From an uncultured Methylomirabilota bacterium (GTDB lineage: Bacteria; Methylomirabilota; Methylomirabilia; Methylomirabilales; 2-02-FULL-66-22), in the NCBI GenBank assembly GCA_963845565.1, contig CAWJSJ010000006.1:32001-96000 (forward strand): a stretch of 64,000 nucleotides of DNA, in the 5' to 3' direction. The first letter of the stretch is position 1. Every line of letters starts with the position of its first letter. Below the pieces are notes generated by a model. It had not been told where the DNA came from. It did not search any database and saw nothing but the letters and a program-made list of their open reading frames with translations. Below, piece by piece: positions 54,350 to 64,000 of this stretch. Position numbers and translations under genes: made by a program.

Positions 54350-55150
54350 ATGGTGGAGCGCGACACCCCGGTTGAGCGCAGGCGCGAGGGGGGCGGCGCT
54401 GCGGTCTCTTACTCGCTGCCGACGACCAACGCGAAGGTCCTCGCGCTGCTGCGCCCGCGCCTCGCCGCGGCCGCCATGGTGCTCGACATCGGCGCCGGCG
54501 AGGGCTACCTGGCGCGACGCGTCCACGCCGCCATCGTCGAGGGCGGCCATCCGGCGCGGCTGGAGGCCTGCGATCTGTTCCCCGAGAACTTCCGCGTTTC
54601 GGAGGTGCCCTGCCGCGGCATCGACCTCGACGGCGGCCTGCCGTTGCCCGACGGCAGCGTGGACCTGGCCTACTCGGTGGAGGTCATAGAGCACCTCGAG
54701 GACCAGTTCCGGTTCTTGCGCGAGGTGCACCGCGTGCTGCGGCCGGCCGGGCGCTTCATCGTCACCACGCCCAACGTTCTCAACCTCACCTCCCGCCTCC
54801 GCACGCTGCTCACCGGCTTCCCGGAGCTCTTCGGGCCGCTGCCGCTTCGCGTCGAGGAGCCGCAGCTCCTGGGCGGACACATCCACCCGGTCTCGCTCTA
54901 CTTCCTCAGCTACATGGCGGAGAAGGCGGGCTTCCGTGTGGAGGGGCTCCACATCGACCGGGTCAAGTCGGGCTCGACGGCGGCGCTCCTCCTCTGGCCG
55001 CTGGTGGCGCTGGTCTCGTGGCTCGCGACGGCGCGGGCGCGGCGCAAGGAGCCGGCGGTGTATGCCGAGAACCGGGGGCATGTGGCACGGCTCAATTCGC
55101 TATCGGTGCTGGTGGGTCGCACCATCATCCTGGAACTGGTGCGCGCCTGA
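54350..55150 (+). CDS. Class I SAM-dependent methyltransferase
   Basis: VLDIGAGEG, LPLPDGSVD, EVIEHLE, RVLRPAG, TTPN. Confidence 0.9.
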   Translation: MVERDTPVERRREGGGAAVSYSLPTTNAKVLALLRPRLAAAAMVLDIGAGEGYLARRVHAAIVEGGHPARLEACDLFPENFRVSEVPCRGIDLDGGLPLPDGSVDLAYSVEVIEHLEDQFRFLREVHRVLRPAGRFIVTTPNVLNLTSRLRTLLTGFPELFGPLPLRVEEPQLLGGHIHPVSLYFLSYMAEKAGFRVEGLHIDRVKSGSTAALLLWPLVALVSWLATARARRKEPAVYAENRGHVARLNSLSVLVGRTIILELVRA

Positions 55151-55251
55151 CCCGCCCGAGGCGCGCACCACGACGTGTCTCATGGAGAACTTCCCCCGCG
55201 AAACCGGGACCAGCCTAGAGGAGCGCGCACCATGAGTGAACGATCGCCGAG
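55151..55251 (+). repeat. 101-bp diverged direct repeat, copy 2
   Basis: Encodes ARTTTCLMENFPRETGTSLEERAP*, versus ARTTTFLIYDFPRETGSGMEKRAP* in copy 1. Confidence 0.88.
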
Positions 55252-56644
55252 CGGCGGTGGGGAGTACCGATGGGCCACCTGGTGCGTCCTGGCCGCGGCC
55301 GCGGTCGTCGCACTCGTCAGCGCGCGTCCCTACGCGGGCGGCTGGAACGACGGAAGCCGGCTCGCCACGGTCGAGAGCCTGGTGGACCATGGCACGCTGG
55401 TGATCGACCGCTCCATTTTCGTGCAGGTGCCTCGACGGCAGCACCCGGATGACCCCGGACCCTATCCGGCCGGCGACCCGCTCGAGGAGCAAGGTACGCT
55501 GGATCGGCTGTATGTTCAGGGCCACTTCTATTCGGACAAATCCCCGGTGCCGGCCCTGCTGATGGCCGGTCTGTACCAGGGGCTGCAGTGGGCGACGGGG
55601 CTGACCGCCCGGGAGCGACCGGATCTCTTTTGTTACCTGATGACGGTGGGAACCTCGGGCCTCGCCTATCTGGTGGCGGTCTGGTCGGTGCTCCGGCTTG
55701 GCCGCCTCTTGCGGCTTCCGCCGGGCGTCCGGCTGGGACTGGCGGCAAGCCTCGGCCTGGCGACGGTCGCTCTACCGTATGCGCGTCACGTCAATAACCA
55801 CATCCTACTGTTGGGGGTGACCGCCCCGTTGTTGGTCTGTCTGGTCGGGTTGGCCGACGATGTGCGCGCCGGGCGTCTCTCCTGGTGGCGACTGGTCGGG
55901 ATCGGAAGCCTGGCGGGACTGGCATACTCGATCGATCTCGGGGCCGGGCCGGCGATCTTGTCGGCCACCATGCTCCTGATCGCCTATCGGGTCCGGGCGT
56001 TCAGGCCCATCGCGTTGTGCCTGCTGGCGGCGCTTCCATGGATCGTCTTGCATCATGCCGTGAATTACGCCATCGGAGGCACCTTGCGCCCCGCCAATGC
56101 CGTCCCGGCGCATCTGGCGGCGGCGGGCGGTGGGTTCACGTCGCAGAACATGACCGGCATGTGGAATCATGCCAATGTCGGGAGCTTCCTCCTCTACGCC
56201 GCCTCGCTGCTGTTCGGAAAGCGGGGCTTCTTTGGGCACAATCTCCCGCTGTTCCTGACGCTCCCGGCCCTGGTCTTTCTGATCCGGCGACGCCCACGAG
56301 AATTCCCCGAGATCCTCTGTGCCCTGGCGTGGTCGGTCGGGACGTGGCTGGTGTACGCGGTCGGATCCACGAATTCCTCCGGGCTGGCGGCATCCATCCG
56401 GTGGTTTGTCCCGCTGCTGGCTCCCGCATATTTCCTCACGGCTCTTTTTCTGCGCGAGCGGCCGGGGTACTACGTCGACTTCATCATCCTGAGCGCCTGG
56501 GGGTTGGTGATGGCGGCGCTGATGTGGTGGAAGGGCCCCTGGATGCCGCGCATGGTCCCGTTCTTCTGGCCCTTGCAGGGAGCCGCGCTTCTCAGCTGGC
56601 TGGTTGTTCGGATGCGGCAAAGGGACCGGGGCGTGGCGCGGTAG
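55232..56644 (+). CDS. Multi-TM membrane protein, probable GT-C glycosyltransferase
   Basis: NDGSRLATVESLV, GHFYSDKSP, NNH, KRGFF, IRWFVP; ATG after GAGGAG. Confidence 0.65.
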   Translation: MSERSPSGGGEYRWATWCVLAAAAVVALVSARPYAGGWNDGSRLATVESLVDHGTLVIDRSIFVQVPRRQHPDDPGPYPAGDPLEEQGTLDRLYVQGHFYSDKSPVPALLMAGLYQGLQWATGLTARERPDLFCYLMTVGTSGLAYLVAVWSVLRLGRLLRLPPGVRLGLAASLGLATVALPYARHVNNHILLLGVTAPLLVCLVGLADDVRAGRLSWWRLVGIGSLAGLAYSIDLGAGPAILSATMLLIAYRVRAFRPIALCLLAALPWIVLHHAVNYAIGGTLRPANAVPAHLAAAGGGFTSQNMTGMWNHANVGSFLLYAASLLFGKRGFFGHNLPLFLTLPALVFLIRRRPREFPEILCALAWSVGTWLVYAVGSTNSSGLAASIRWFVPLLAPAYFLTALFLRERPGYYVDFIILSAWGLVMAALMWWKGPWMPRMVPFFWPLQGAALLSWLVVRMRQRDRGVAR

Positions 56645-56721
56645 CACCACCGCAGGTGCGGAGAGGGCGGGGCAAGTTCGTGGGCTCTTGGCGTTCTCCG
56701 CGGACTTGCGAGGTGGGCGCT

Positions 56722-56762
56722 AGCCCAGATTCTTCACGAAGGATTCGTGAAGAATCTGGGCT
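56722..56762. repeat. 41-bp palindrome (REP-like), copy 2
   Basis: AGCCCAGATTCTTCACGAA-GGA-TTCGTGAAGAATCTGGGCT, perfect 19-bp stem between convergent genes. Confidence 0.88.
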
Positions 56763-56951
56763 GACCTCACGAGCGGCCATTCCCGCCCGCAGCGGGAGGA
56801 GACGGGGTGGCGGGCGGACCGGGTACCCATCCGCCACGATGGGTGCGGTGTCACCGTGCACCGGGGACGCCTGATCCGTTCCGGACCGCCGCCCCCACGG
56901 GTTCGTATTAAGCCCGCATTGTTCGCGAGTTGGATTCGCGAACGATGCGGG

Positions 56952-57680
56952 CTAGCGTTGCACGGTTCGGCGAAAACGATGGCCTCGACTGAGACGCAGA
57001 CGCCAAGGGAGGAGCGAGGCCTCCAGTATGATCCGTTTTGACATCTTCGACATGCCGCGTTGGCGGCCGTAGAAAACGATTGGCGCCTCACACAAGCGTC
57101 CGCCGGATTTCCAGACCTGATACGCCAACTCAACCTGGAATGCGTACCCGTTGGCCCGCATCTGACCCAAGTCCAACGATTCGACCATCGCGCGGCGATA
57201 ACAGCGAAATCCCGTGGTGATGTCGTGAGCCGGGATCCCCGTGATGGCTCGGACGTACCCATTGGCGAACCAACTCAGCAACACCCGGCCGATCTCCCAG
57301 TCGATGACTCTGACCCCGCCGATGTAGCGGGACCCGAGTACGAGGTCGTGATCGGTCGCCGCCTGTAGCATGGCGGGAATCGCCGCCGGATCGTGCGACA
57401 AGTCGGCATCCATCTGGAGAATCCAGTCGTAGTCCCCTTTGAGGGCCGCGCGAAATCCCTCGATGACCGCGCTCGCGTATCCGAGTTTCCCGGCGCGATG
57501 GACGACGGACACCTCCGGGTGCGCTCGCGCCAATTGGTCGGCCAAGTCACCGGTCCCATCCGGCGATCCGTCATCCACAAACAGGATGTCGAGGGACAGG
57601 CCCAGCGCCAACAGGCGCTCCGTCAGCGGACGGAGATTGTCGCGCTCGTTGTAGGTGGGGATGACGACGATGGCGGACAT
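56952..57680 (-). CDS. Polyprenol monophosphomannose synthase-like GT2 (Ppm1/Dpm1)
   Basis: VIPTYNE, VDDGSPDGT, KLGY, QMDADLSHDP, GSRY, GYAFQVE, SKMS. Confidence 0.92.
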   Translation of the reverse strand: MSAIVVIPTYNERDNLRPLTERLLALGLSLDILFVDDGSPDGTGDLADQLARAHPEVSVVHRAGKLGYASAVIEGFRAALKGDYDWILQMDADLSHDPAAIPAMLQAATDHDLVLGSRYIGGVRVIDWEIGRVLLSWFANGYVRAITGIPAHDITTGFRCYRRAMVESLDLGQMRANGYAFQVELAYQVWKSGGRLCEAPIVFYGRQRGMSKMSKRIILEASLLPWRLRLSRGHRFRRTVQR

Positions 57681-57803
57681 GGACTGCCTGACTCCTTGAT
57701 GATTGCGGCGACCGGCGAGTTCTTATCACGGGGTGTGTGGTCTTGCAAGGGAGAAAGAGCTATGATAAGAACGCGTCCCCGGTGATGGGGAGAGGAGATC
57801 GTC

Positions 57804-58961
57804 GTGGGACACCGATGGGTGAGGTGGCTGGTCGATCAACGACGCGTCCGGGTCGCATGGGCGGCGTGGGCCATCGTGTTCCTCGTCTTCACGGCCGTGA
57901 CGTTCGCCAAGCCGGACTTTCGTTCGGTCACCGTGGCCTATCGCACCGCGTCGCAAAACTGGCTCGCCGGGCGCGACATCTATCCTCAGCGTGAGGGGGA
58001 GATGAACTATCTCCCCCAGTTTGCCATCCTGTTCTCGCCCTTCGCGCAGCTGCCCAAAGCGGCCGGTGACACCCTGTGGCGCCTCCTCCAGATGGGGGTG
58101 TTTGTCAGCGCGTTGCGCCGGCTCGCCACGGTGGCCCAGTCAGGTCGGACGGATCTCTTCCTGCTGGTGTCCATCCTGGCGGCGCCGGTTTCACTCGGTA
58201 CCGTCATGAACGGGCAATCGAATCTCCTGCTGGCCGGCGCCATGGGTCACGCGGCGGTCGATCTCTTGCGTCATCGGAACTGGGCAGTGGCCGGTTGGCT
58301 GACCGTGGGGCTGATCGCCAAGCCGATCGCCGTGGTGATGGCCCTTCTGGTGGCGGCGACTGACGGCACCGTGGTCCCGTGGCTCCTCGGCGGAATAGCG
58401 CTGACCGCCCTGGCCCCGCTGGCATCCGACGCCTGGCCGACGGTTGCGGGATCGTATCATGCCTGGTTTCGCCAACTGCTCTTGCTGGCGCCGTCGGAAG
58501 AGCTTCGGTTCGAGGATCTGGCAGGCCTCCTCCGCGTCCTGGGCTGGCCCCTGGACCCCGGCGTGTGGTTTGTGCTCCGGGTAGCCGCGGGGGGGGTGAT
58601 CCTGGCCGCGTGGTGGATCGGCTCTCGGCGATTGGGGGAACCCCACCGCGTGCTGACGCTCCTGGGCCTCTCCGCGGGGTACCTCATGCTCTTCAACCCG
58701 CGCACGGAGACCAACAGTTATGTTATCCTCGCGCCCGCCATGGCGGTCCTGGCGGCACGACTCGTGGCGGTGGAATCCTCCCGGGTGGGCTGGATGCTGG
58801 CGGCACTGGCGCTGGCGCTCGGAAATTCCGGAATGGGGAACCCCATCTGGCCGCTGACCAAGATCTGGCTCAAGCCGGTCGTGGCGCTGGCGTTCCTCGG
58901 CTGGATGTTCCACAAAATTCTCCGCCGCCCGGCCGTCGCCACGAGCGTGTCCGACGGGTGA
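57804..58961 (+). CDS. GT87/DUF2029 membrane glycosyltransferase
   Basis: MNYLPQFAILFSPF, NGQSN, IAKP, FNPRTETNSY. Confidence 0.75.
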   Translation: MGHRWVRWLVDQRRVRVAWAAWAIVFLVFTAVTFAKPDFRSVTVAYRTASQNWLAGRDIYPQREGEMNYLPQFAILFSPFAQLPKAAGDTLWRLLQMGVFVSALRRLATVAQSGRTDLFLLVSILAAPVSLGTVMNGQSNLLLAGAMGHAAVDLLRHRNWAVAGWLTVGLIAKPIAVVMALLVAATDGTVVPWLLGGIALTALAPLASDAWPTVAGSYHAWFRQLLLLAPSEELRFEDLAGLLRVLGWPLDPGVWFVLRVAAGGVILAAWWIGSRRLGEPHRVLTLLGLSAGYLMLFNPRTETNSYVILAPAMAVLAARLVAVESSRVGWMLAALALALGNSGMGNPIWPLTKIWLKPVVALAFLGWMFHKILRRPAVATSVSDG

Positions 58962-59000
58962 TCGAGGATCGGGGGACCGGATTCATCGAGGAGACAGGGC

Positions 59001-59840
59001 ATGCCGCGGGTATCCGTCGTGATCTGTTGCGCGAACGTTGCCGACATGCTTGAGGCGGCCTGTCGGTCTGTCGCCTGGGCCGACGAGCTCGTCGTTGTGG
59101 ACTCGGGCTCTACGGACGCCACCGGGGAGATCGCCCAGCGCCTCGCCACCCGGTATGTGGTCGAACCGTGGCGCGGGTACACGGAACAAAAGCGGTTTGG
59201 CGTCGGGCTGTGCCGGAACGACTGGACGTTCGTGCTGGACGGGGACGAGGAGGTGTCGCCCGAGCTGGGCGACGAAATCTGCCGATTGACCGAGGAGGAG
59301 ATGGAGCGCCGCGACCTCTTCCTGATGCGGCGGCGAAATTACGTGATGGGCCGGTACGTTCGCGCGTTCAGCCCGGATTGGCAGAACCGGCTCATCCACC
59401 GGGGCCGATGTCGATGGGCGGATGCCAACCTGCACGATCGGCGCATTCCGAGCCACCCATCGCGGGTGGCGCGGTTGCGAGGTTGGATGGAGCATCGGCG
59501 GCACAGCCAGGCGGGGTTCGCCGATTACTTCGACGGCGGGTTGGCGGAAAAGCGGGTGAAGCTCGCCGCCGAGCAGATGTTCCGTCAGGGGCGGCGGTGC
59601 ACGTGGCTGGATCTGCTCCTGCGACCCCCGGCCGCGTTCGCCAAGTTCTACCTGCTCAAGCAGGGATTTCTGGACGGCCAATTCGGCCTGCTGATCGCGC
59701 AGCGCGCGGCCTGGGCCGTGCAGCTCCGGTATGCGACCCTCTGGGCGCGTCAGCACGGCGCCGTATGGCAGACCGTCGAGCGCGACCCGGGCGCGGTCGC
59801 GCCCCCGTCAGCCCCCGCCGGGGATCGGGTCATCCCGTGA
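59001..59840 (+). CDS. Glycosyltransferase family 2 (WaaE/KdtX-like)
   Basis: SVAWADELVVVDSGSTD, WRGY..QK, DWTFVLDGDE, FAKFYLLKQGFLDG. Confidence 0.9.
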   Translation: MPRVSVVICCANVADMLEAACRSVAWADELVVVDSGSTDATGEIAQRLATRYVVEPWRGYTEQKRFGVGLCRNDWTFVLDGDEEVSPELGDEICRLTEEEMERRDLFLMRRRNYVMGRYVRAFSPDWQNRLIHRGRCRWADANLHDRRIPSHPSRVARLRGWMEHRRHSQAGFADYFDGGLAEKRVKLAAEQMFRQGRRCTWLDLLLRPPAAFAKFYLLKQGFLDGQFGLLIAQRAAWAVQLRYATLWARQHGAVWQTVERDPGAVAPPSAPAGDRVIP

Positions 59841-61126
59841 CCGACCGCCGGCCGGAGCACTCGACCATGGCGCGGCGATGGTTCGCGCGACCGTGGGCGC
59901 GACGCGCCTTCGTCGCCGTGTGCCTGGCAGTCGTGGTCATCCAGACCGTCGTGATCGTTCACCGCCGGGAGACGCAGCGCGGGGATTACGACGTCTCGCG
60001 GGAGATGGGGCGACGATTCCTCGCCGGCGAGCACCTCTACGCCGGGGGTCTGCACTACCCGTATACGCCGACCGCCGCCCTGTCCTTCGCGCCGCTCTCG
60101 CTGGTGCCGCCCGGGGTCGGGCTGGCGCTCCGCTATGCGGTCTCGATCGTGGCGCTCTGGCTGACGCTCCGCATGCTGCGCGCGCTGGTCGGGCGTCGCC
60201 ACCGGCTGGACCCCTCCGCGGTATGTGCGATCGAGGCGCTCACGCTGGTTCTCGCGTCCCAGTACATCGTCCGGGACCTCGACGACGGCGGACCGCATCT
60301 GCAGTTGGTGGCGATGCTGGTCGCGGGGATCTTCTGTGTGGCGCGGGGGCGGGCGGTCCTCGGGGCGACCTGGTTCGGGCTCGCTACCGTGCTGAAGGCG
60401 CCGGTCGGCTTGATGCTGCCGTTCTTGCTGTGGAAGCGGCAGTGGAAGGTGGCCGCCATGGCGGTCGCGGCCGCCGTGCTGTGGACTGCTCTGCCCATGG
60501 CGTGGATGGGGCCCGCGAGCTGGTGGCGCCACCAGGAGGAATGGAGCCGGACGGCCCTTCAGTCGGTCCTGGGGAATACCCAGCCTGGGGTACGCGAGAG
60601 CGAGCAACGGGTCCAGAACCAGAGTCTCAAGCTGGCGCTGACGCGGTACCTGGTGACGTATCCGGACGGCCACCCGCTGCGGCTCGCCCACCCCGCCTAC
60701 CTGTCCTTTGGCGCCATGGACGCCCGAGCGGCCGACTGGGTCGTCAAGGGGGTGGTGCTCATGCTCCTCCTCGGCTGCGCGTGGCTCACCCGGCGGCGAT
60801 ACGGCAGCCTGGACGACCCGAGATGGCCGCTCGAAGGCAGTGCGGTCCTGATCCTGGCCCTGCTGCTCTCGCCGGTGACGTGGACCCAGCATCTCGTGCT
60901 GATCATCCCGGCGCTGTATCTCGTGATGGTCGAGGGCCAGGCCATCCGGCCGCTCGGCTCGCTGGTCTCCGCCGGGATGTGGACGTATGCGGTGCTCGCC
61001 CTGGTGCTGAATCGAGACACGGTGGGGAAGGCGCTGTCCCTGGTCCTGCTGAGCTACCACATCCACACGCTGGCCCTACTGCTGGTTCTCGCGATCGTCC
61101 TGCTCCGACGGCCAACGGCAGACTGA
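59837..61126 (+). CDS. GT87/DUF2029 membrane glycosyltransferase
   Basis: GDY, YPYTPT, ATVLKAP, NQSL, SPVTWTQH; GTGA overlap with the GT2 gene. Confidence 0.78.
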   Translation: MTDRRPEHSTMARRWFARPWARRAFVAVCLAVVVIQTVVIVHRRETQRGDYDVSREMGRRFLAGEHLYAGGLHYPYTPTAALSFAPLSLVPPGVGLALRYAVSIVALWLTLRMLRALVGRRHRLDPSAVCAIEALTLVLASQYIVRDLDDGGPHLQLVAMLVAGIFCVARGRAVLGATWFGLATVLKAPVGLMLPFLLWKRQWKVAAMAVAAAVLWTALPMAWMGPASWWRHQEEWSRTALQSVLGNTQPGVRESEQRVQNQSLKLALTRYLVTYPDGHPLRLAHPAYLSFGAMDARAADWVVKGVVLMLLLGCAWLTRRRYGSLDDPRWPLEGSAVLILALLLSPVTWTQHLVLIIPALYLVMVEGQAIRPLGSLVSAGMWTYAVLALVLNRDTVGKALSLVLLSYHIHTLALLLVLAIVLLRRPTAD

Positions 61127-61150
61127 TTTGTGCGAGGCGAGACCGGGCTT

Positions 61151-61252
61151 AGGAGCCGTTACGAAATAACGTGTCCATTGTTTGTGATTTCGTTACGGCT
61201 CCTTATGCCGTTCCCGAATTTCTCCGGTCACGTTATGCTTTGACAACGGCTC
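61151..61252. repeat. Inverted-repeat element, possible bidirectional terminator at the right boundary of the glycan locus
   Basis: AGGAGCCGTTACGAAAT...ATTTCGTTACGGCTCCT plus a third arm TTTGACAACGGCTC overlapping the hutH stop. Confidence 0.6.
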
Positions 61253-62795
61253 ACGCGAGCGGACCGACCTCTGCCTCCACGTCGGCCAAGAGACTTCCGT
61301 CGTCCACCAACGCGAGGATCCGGTCGAGGTCCGGACGGAGGGCCCGGTCGCGCTCCAGGTGGGCGCTGCAGCGGCGTATGCCGGCATGCGCGACGAGGGC
61401 GCCCCGCCCCGGCCGGAGCGGGAGCAGGAAATCCAGCCCCTGGGCCGCACAGAGGAATTCCAGCCCCAGGACCGTTGCCAACCGATCCGCCACCTGCGCG
61501 GCCTTGACGGCGGCGAACCAGCCCATGCTGACGAAGTCCTCCTTGTTGCCGGAGGTGGGGATAGATTGTACGGAGGCAGGGGAGGCCAAGACCCGGGTCT
61601 CAGCCGCCAGGGCGGCGGCCGAGATCTGGGCCATCATGAAGCCCGAATTCAGGCCGCCGGCGTTGACGAGGAAGGCGGGGAGCTCGCTGAGCTGCGGGTT
61701 GACCAGCCGCTCGATCCGACGTTCGACGAATCCGCAGAGGCCCGCCAGGGCCAGGGCCACCACGTCCAGCGCAATGGCCACCGGGTGTCCGTGGAAATTT
61801 CCGCCCGAGAGCGTGTCGCCGCTGTCCGGGAAGACCAGCGGGTTATCCGTTGCGGCGTTGAGCTCCCGGGCAAGCACCGCCTCGGCGAACGCCAGGGCAT
61901 CGCGGACGCCCCCGTGGACCTGCGGAATGCAGCGCAGCGTGTAACTATCCTGGATCTTGCCGCAATCCCGGTGAGAGAGATTGATCTCGGAGTCCCGGAG
62001 CAACCGGCGGAGGTTGTCCGCCGTGGCGACCTGCCCGGGATGCGGGCGCACGGCCTGCAACCGGGGATCGAAGGGCACCACGGAGCCGCGGAGCGCCTCC
62101 AGCGTCATGGCGCTCGCCACATCCGCCAATTTCACCAGGGCCCCGGCACGCACCGAGGCGAGCGCGCCGATGGCGGTCAGTCCGCACGTGCCGTTGATGA
62201 GCGCCAGCCCCTCCTTGGCTTTGAGCGCGAGCGGGGCAAGTCCCGCGCGCCGCAAGGCCTCGGCGCCCGGGAGGCGCTGCCCGTCATGGGTCGCTTCCCC
62301 TTCGCCGATCAGGACCAGGGCGAGGTGGGCGAGCGGCGCCAGGTCGCCGCTGGCGCCGACCGAGCCGCGCTCGGGGATGACGGGGTGAACCCGGCGGTTG
62401 AGCAATTCGCAGAGCAGCTCGATGATCTCGGGCCGGACGCCGGAATGGCCCTTGGCCAGGACGTTGGCCCGGAGGAGGATCGTCGCGCGGGTTTCCGCCT
62501 CGCCGATGGGGTTTCCCGTGCCTAGGGCGTGGCTCCGCAGCAGGTTCGCCTGCAACGCGTCGCGATCGGCGCCTCCGATGAAGACGTCGCTCAGCGGGCC
62601 GAAGCCGGTGCTGACGCCGTAGATCTTCCGCTCGGCGGCCAGGGCGCTCTCGATCACCGTGCGGGCCGCCACGACCTTCGGGCGCGCGGCAGGTGCGAGC
62701 GTCGCCGCCGCGCCGCCTCGCGCGACCTGCTCGACCTGGGACAGCGTCAGATGGTCTCCGTCGAGTAAGACGTGTGTCACGTTGCGGTCCTCCAT
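61251..62795 (-). CDS. hutH: Histidine ammonia-lyase
   Basis: YGVSTGFG, NLLRSH, GSVGASGDLAPL (MIO-forming ASG), KEGLALING, QDSYTLRCIPQVHG, GGNFHG, EDFVSMG. Confidence 0.95.
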   Translation of the reverse strand: MEDRNVTHVLLDGDHLTLSQVEQVARGGAAATLAPAARPKVVAARTVIESALAAERKIYGVSTGFGPLSDVFIGGADRDALQANLLRSHALGTGNPIGEAETRATILLRANVLAKGHSGVRPEIIELLCELLNRRVHPVIPERGSVGASGDLAPLAHLALVLIGEGEATHDGQRLPGAEALRRAGLAPLALKAKEGLALINGTCGLTAIGALASVRAGALVKLADVASAMTLEALRGSVVPFDPRLQAVRPHPGQVATADNLRRLLRDSEINLSHRDCGKIQDSYTLRCIPQVHGGVRDALAFAEAVLARELNAATDNPLVFPDSGDTLSGGNFHGHPVAIALDVVALALAGLCGFVERRIERLVNPQLSELPAFLVNAGGLNSGFMMAQISAAALAAETRVLASPASVQSIPTSGNKEDFVSMGWFAAVKAAQVADRLATVLGLEFLCAAQGLDFLLPLRPGRGALVAHAGIRRCSAHLERDRALRPDLDRILALVDDGSLLADVEAEVGPLA

Positions 62796-62890
62796 TTCAG
62801 CTGTCTACGCGTCCGATGGAGCATAACCCTCGGGGAAATCGCGGGTCAACCGGAAATCCGTGACGCGGGCGCTGGAAACGCTTTTTCGCC

Positions 62891-63053
62891 CAGGCTGCTC
62901 AAAAAGATCCAGATGCAAGGCGGCACGCTGATGCCGGGGTACCCAGCGCAGCTGGGTCCAGGCGTACTGGAGGTACGCCGCAGCGAGTGGCGAGGCGGGC
63001 CACACCCATCGGGACGATGGGTACCCGGCAGATGGGTCTTTTTCAGCGGTCTG
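62891..63053. mobile_element. MITE-like non-autonomous element
   Basis: Imperfect 26-bp terminal inverted repeats CAGGCTGCTCAAAAAGATCCAGATGC / GCAGATGGGTCTTTTTCAGCGGTCTG, three internal hairpins, no ORF. Confidence 0.68.
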
Positions 63054-63900
63054 CGAGGACCAGCCAGACGCTCAGCAGGATGACGCCGAGGCCGGCGAAC
63101 AGGCCGAGCGTCACCGGTTCCTGCAGGAACAGGACGGCCCAGAGGAGGCCGAAGAGCGGGATCAGGAAGGTGACGGTCGAGGTCTTGGTGGGTCCGGTGT
63201 TGGCAATCAGCCGGAAGTAGATGAAGTAGGCGAGCACGGTGCAGGGGAGCGCCAGCGCCAGCAGCGAGAGCACGACGGGCCAGGTGGCGGCCTCCCGGGG
63301 CGGGGCGACGAGCATGAGAGGCGCCAGGAGGACGGCGCCCCCGCAGACCTGACCCGCGGCCGCTTGAAGCGGGGTGAGGTCGCCGAAGCGCTTGCGCGCA
63401 TAGACCGCCGTCAGCCCGTACGACAGCGCCGCGAGCAGCGCTTGTCCCGTGGCCAGCAGGGTCGTGGGCGTGACGGGCAGGGGGCTCCACCCCACCAGGA
63501 TCGAGACCCCGCCGATGCCCAGGCCGGCACCGAGGATCTTGCGAAAGCCCAGGGCCTCGCGCAGCCAGAGCGCCGAGACGATGGTAGTGAAGAGGGGAAC
63601 GGCGGCATTCAGGACCCCCGCGATGGACGCGTTGAGGTGAATGGTCGCGTTGCCGATGAGCACGAAGGGGATGGCGTTGCCAACGGCCCCGATCAGGAGG
63701 AACTGCCGCCAGCGTGTCCGGAAATCCGGCGTCTGCCCGAGGCTCTTGGCGATGGCCAGCAGCAGGCCGCCCGCGATGATCACGCGGATGGCCATCAGGG
63801 AGACGGCACCGAGGGCCGGGCCGGCGATCCGCATGAAGATATAGGAGGCCCCCCAGAGGGCGCCCAGCAGCGTGAGCAGCATCAGGTCGAGCAGGGACAT
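63043..63900 (-). CDS. EamA/DMT family transporter
   Basis: LWGASY, IPFVLI, AGVLNAAVPLF, AYFIYFRLI...GP, VTFLIP, FLQEP. Confidence 0.92.
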   Translation of the reverse strand: MSLLDLMLLTLLGALWGASYIFMRIAGPALGAVSLMAIRVIIAGGLLLAIAKSLGQTPDFRTRWRQFLLIGAVGNAIPFVLIGNATIHLNASIAGVLNAAVPLFTTIVSALWLREALGFRKILGAGLGIGGVSILVGWSPLPVTPTTLLATGQALLAALSYGLTAVYARKRFGDLTPLQAAAGQVCGGAVLLAPLMLVAPPREAATWPVVLSLLALALPCTVLAYFIYFRLIANTGPTKTSTVTFLIPLFGLLWAVLFLQEPVTLGLFAGLGVILLSVWLVLADR

Positions 63901-64000
63901 GGGCAGGTGTCTGTACCGGCGAGAGGCCGGGGTGGCTGCCGGGCGCATGGGTGTCCGTCCGTGGAGGTGTCGGTCGATACGGCCGGGGCAGCATATGCCG

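Noticed and set aside
54178..55251. DGR template/variable repeat pair
   Set aside because: Mismatches are not restricted to adenines in either copy, and no reverse transcriptase is in the window.

Overview
GC-rich bacterial DNA with two nested layers. (1) A minus-strand histidine-utilisation region split across the window: a DMT transporter and hutH at the right end (61.2-63.9 kb); a LivKHMGF-type ABC importer, DMT, hutU, a DUF748 protein, hutI and a double-GAF sigma54 activator at the left end (0-16.1 kb). (2) Between them, a ~45 kb cell-surface glycan locus: Wzm/Wzt, gmd, an rmd-like reductase, a perosamine-synthase-like aminotransferase, two NeuD/PglD-type acyltransferases, four SAM methyltransferases, 8 GT4 and 3 GT2 enzymes, a WcaJ-like initiating transferase, an MsbA-like exporter and 8 multi-TM GT-C-like proteins. 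Main observations: (a) a GxxExxY (PD-(D/E)XK-like) gene inside the liv operon, embedded in 9-bp-period inverted-repeat elements and bracketed by an exact 55-bp direct repeat, with gene-less copies nearby and 7-/8-bp-period repeats at every other junction of that operon (candidate REP/RAYT-like nuclease-repeat system); (b) a stand-alone ACP-LnmK-like fusion coupled to a sugar acyltransferase (candidate unusual sugar acylation); (c) single genes flanked by diverged direct repeats of promoters or gene junctions; (d) four apparent +1 frameshifts, possibly sequencing errors. No rRNA, tRNA, CRISPR, integrase or transposase was recognised. All assignments come from motif recognition by eye, with no database searches.
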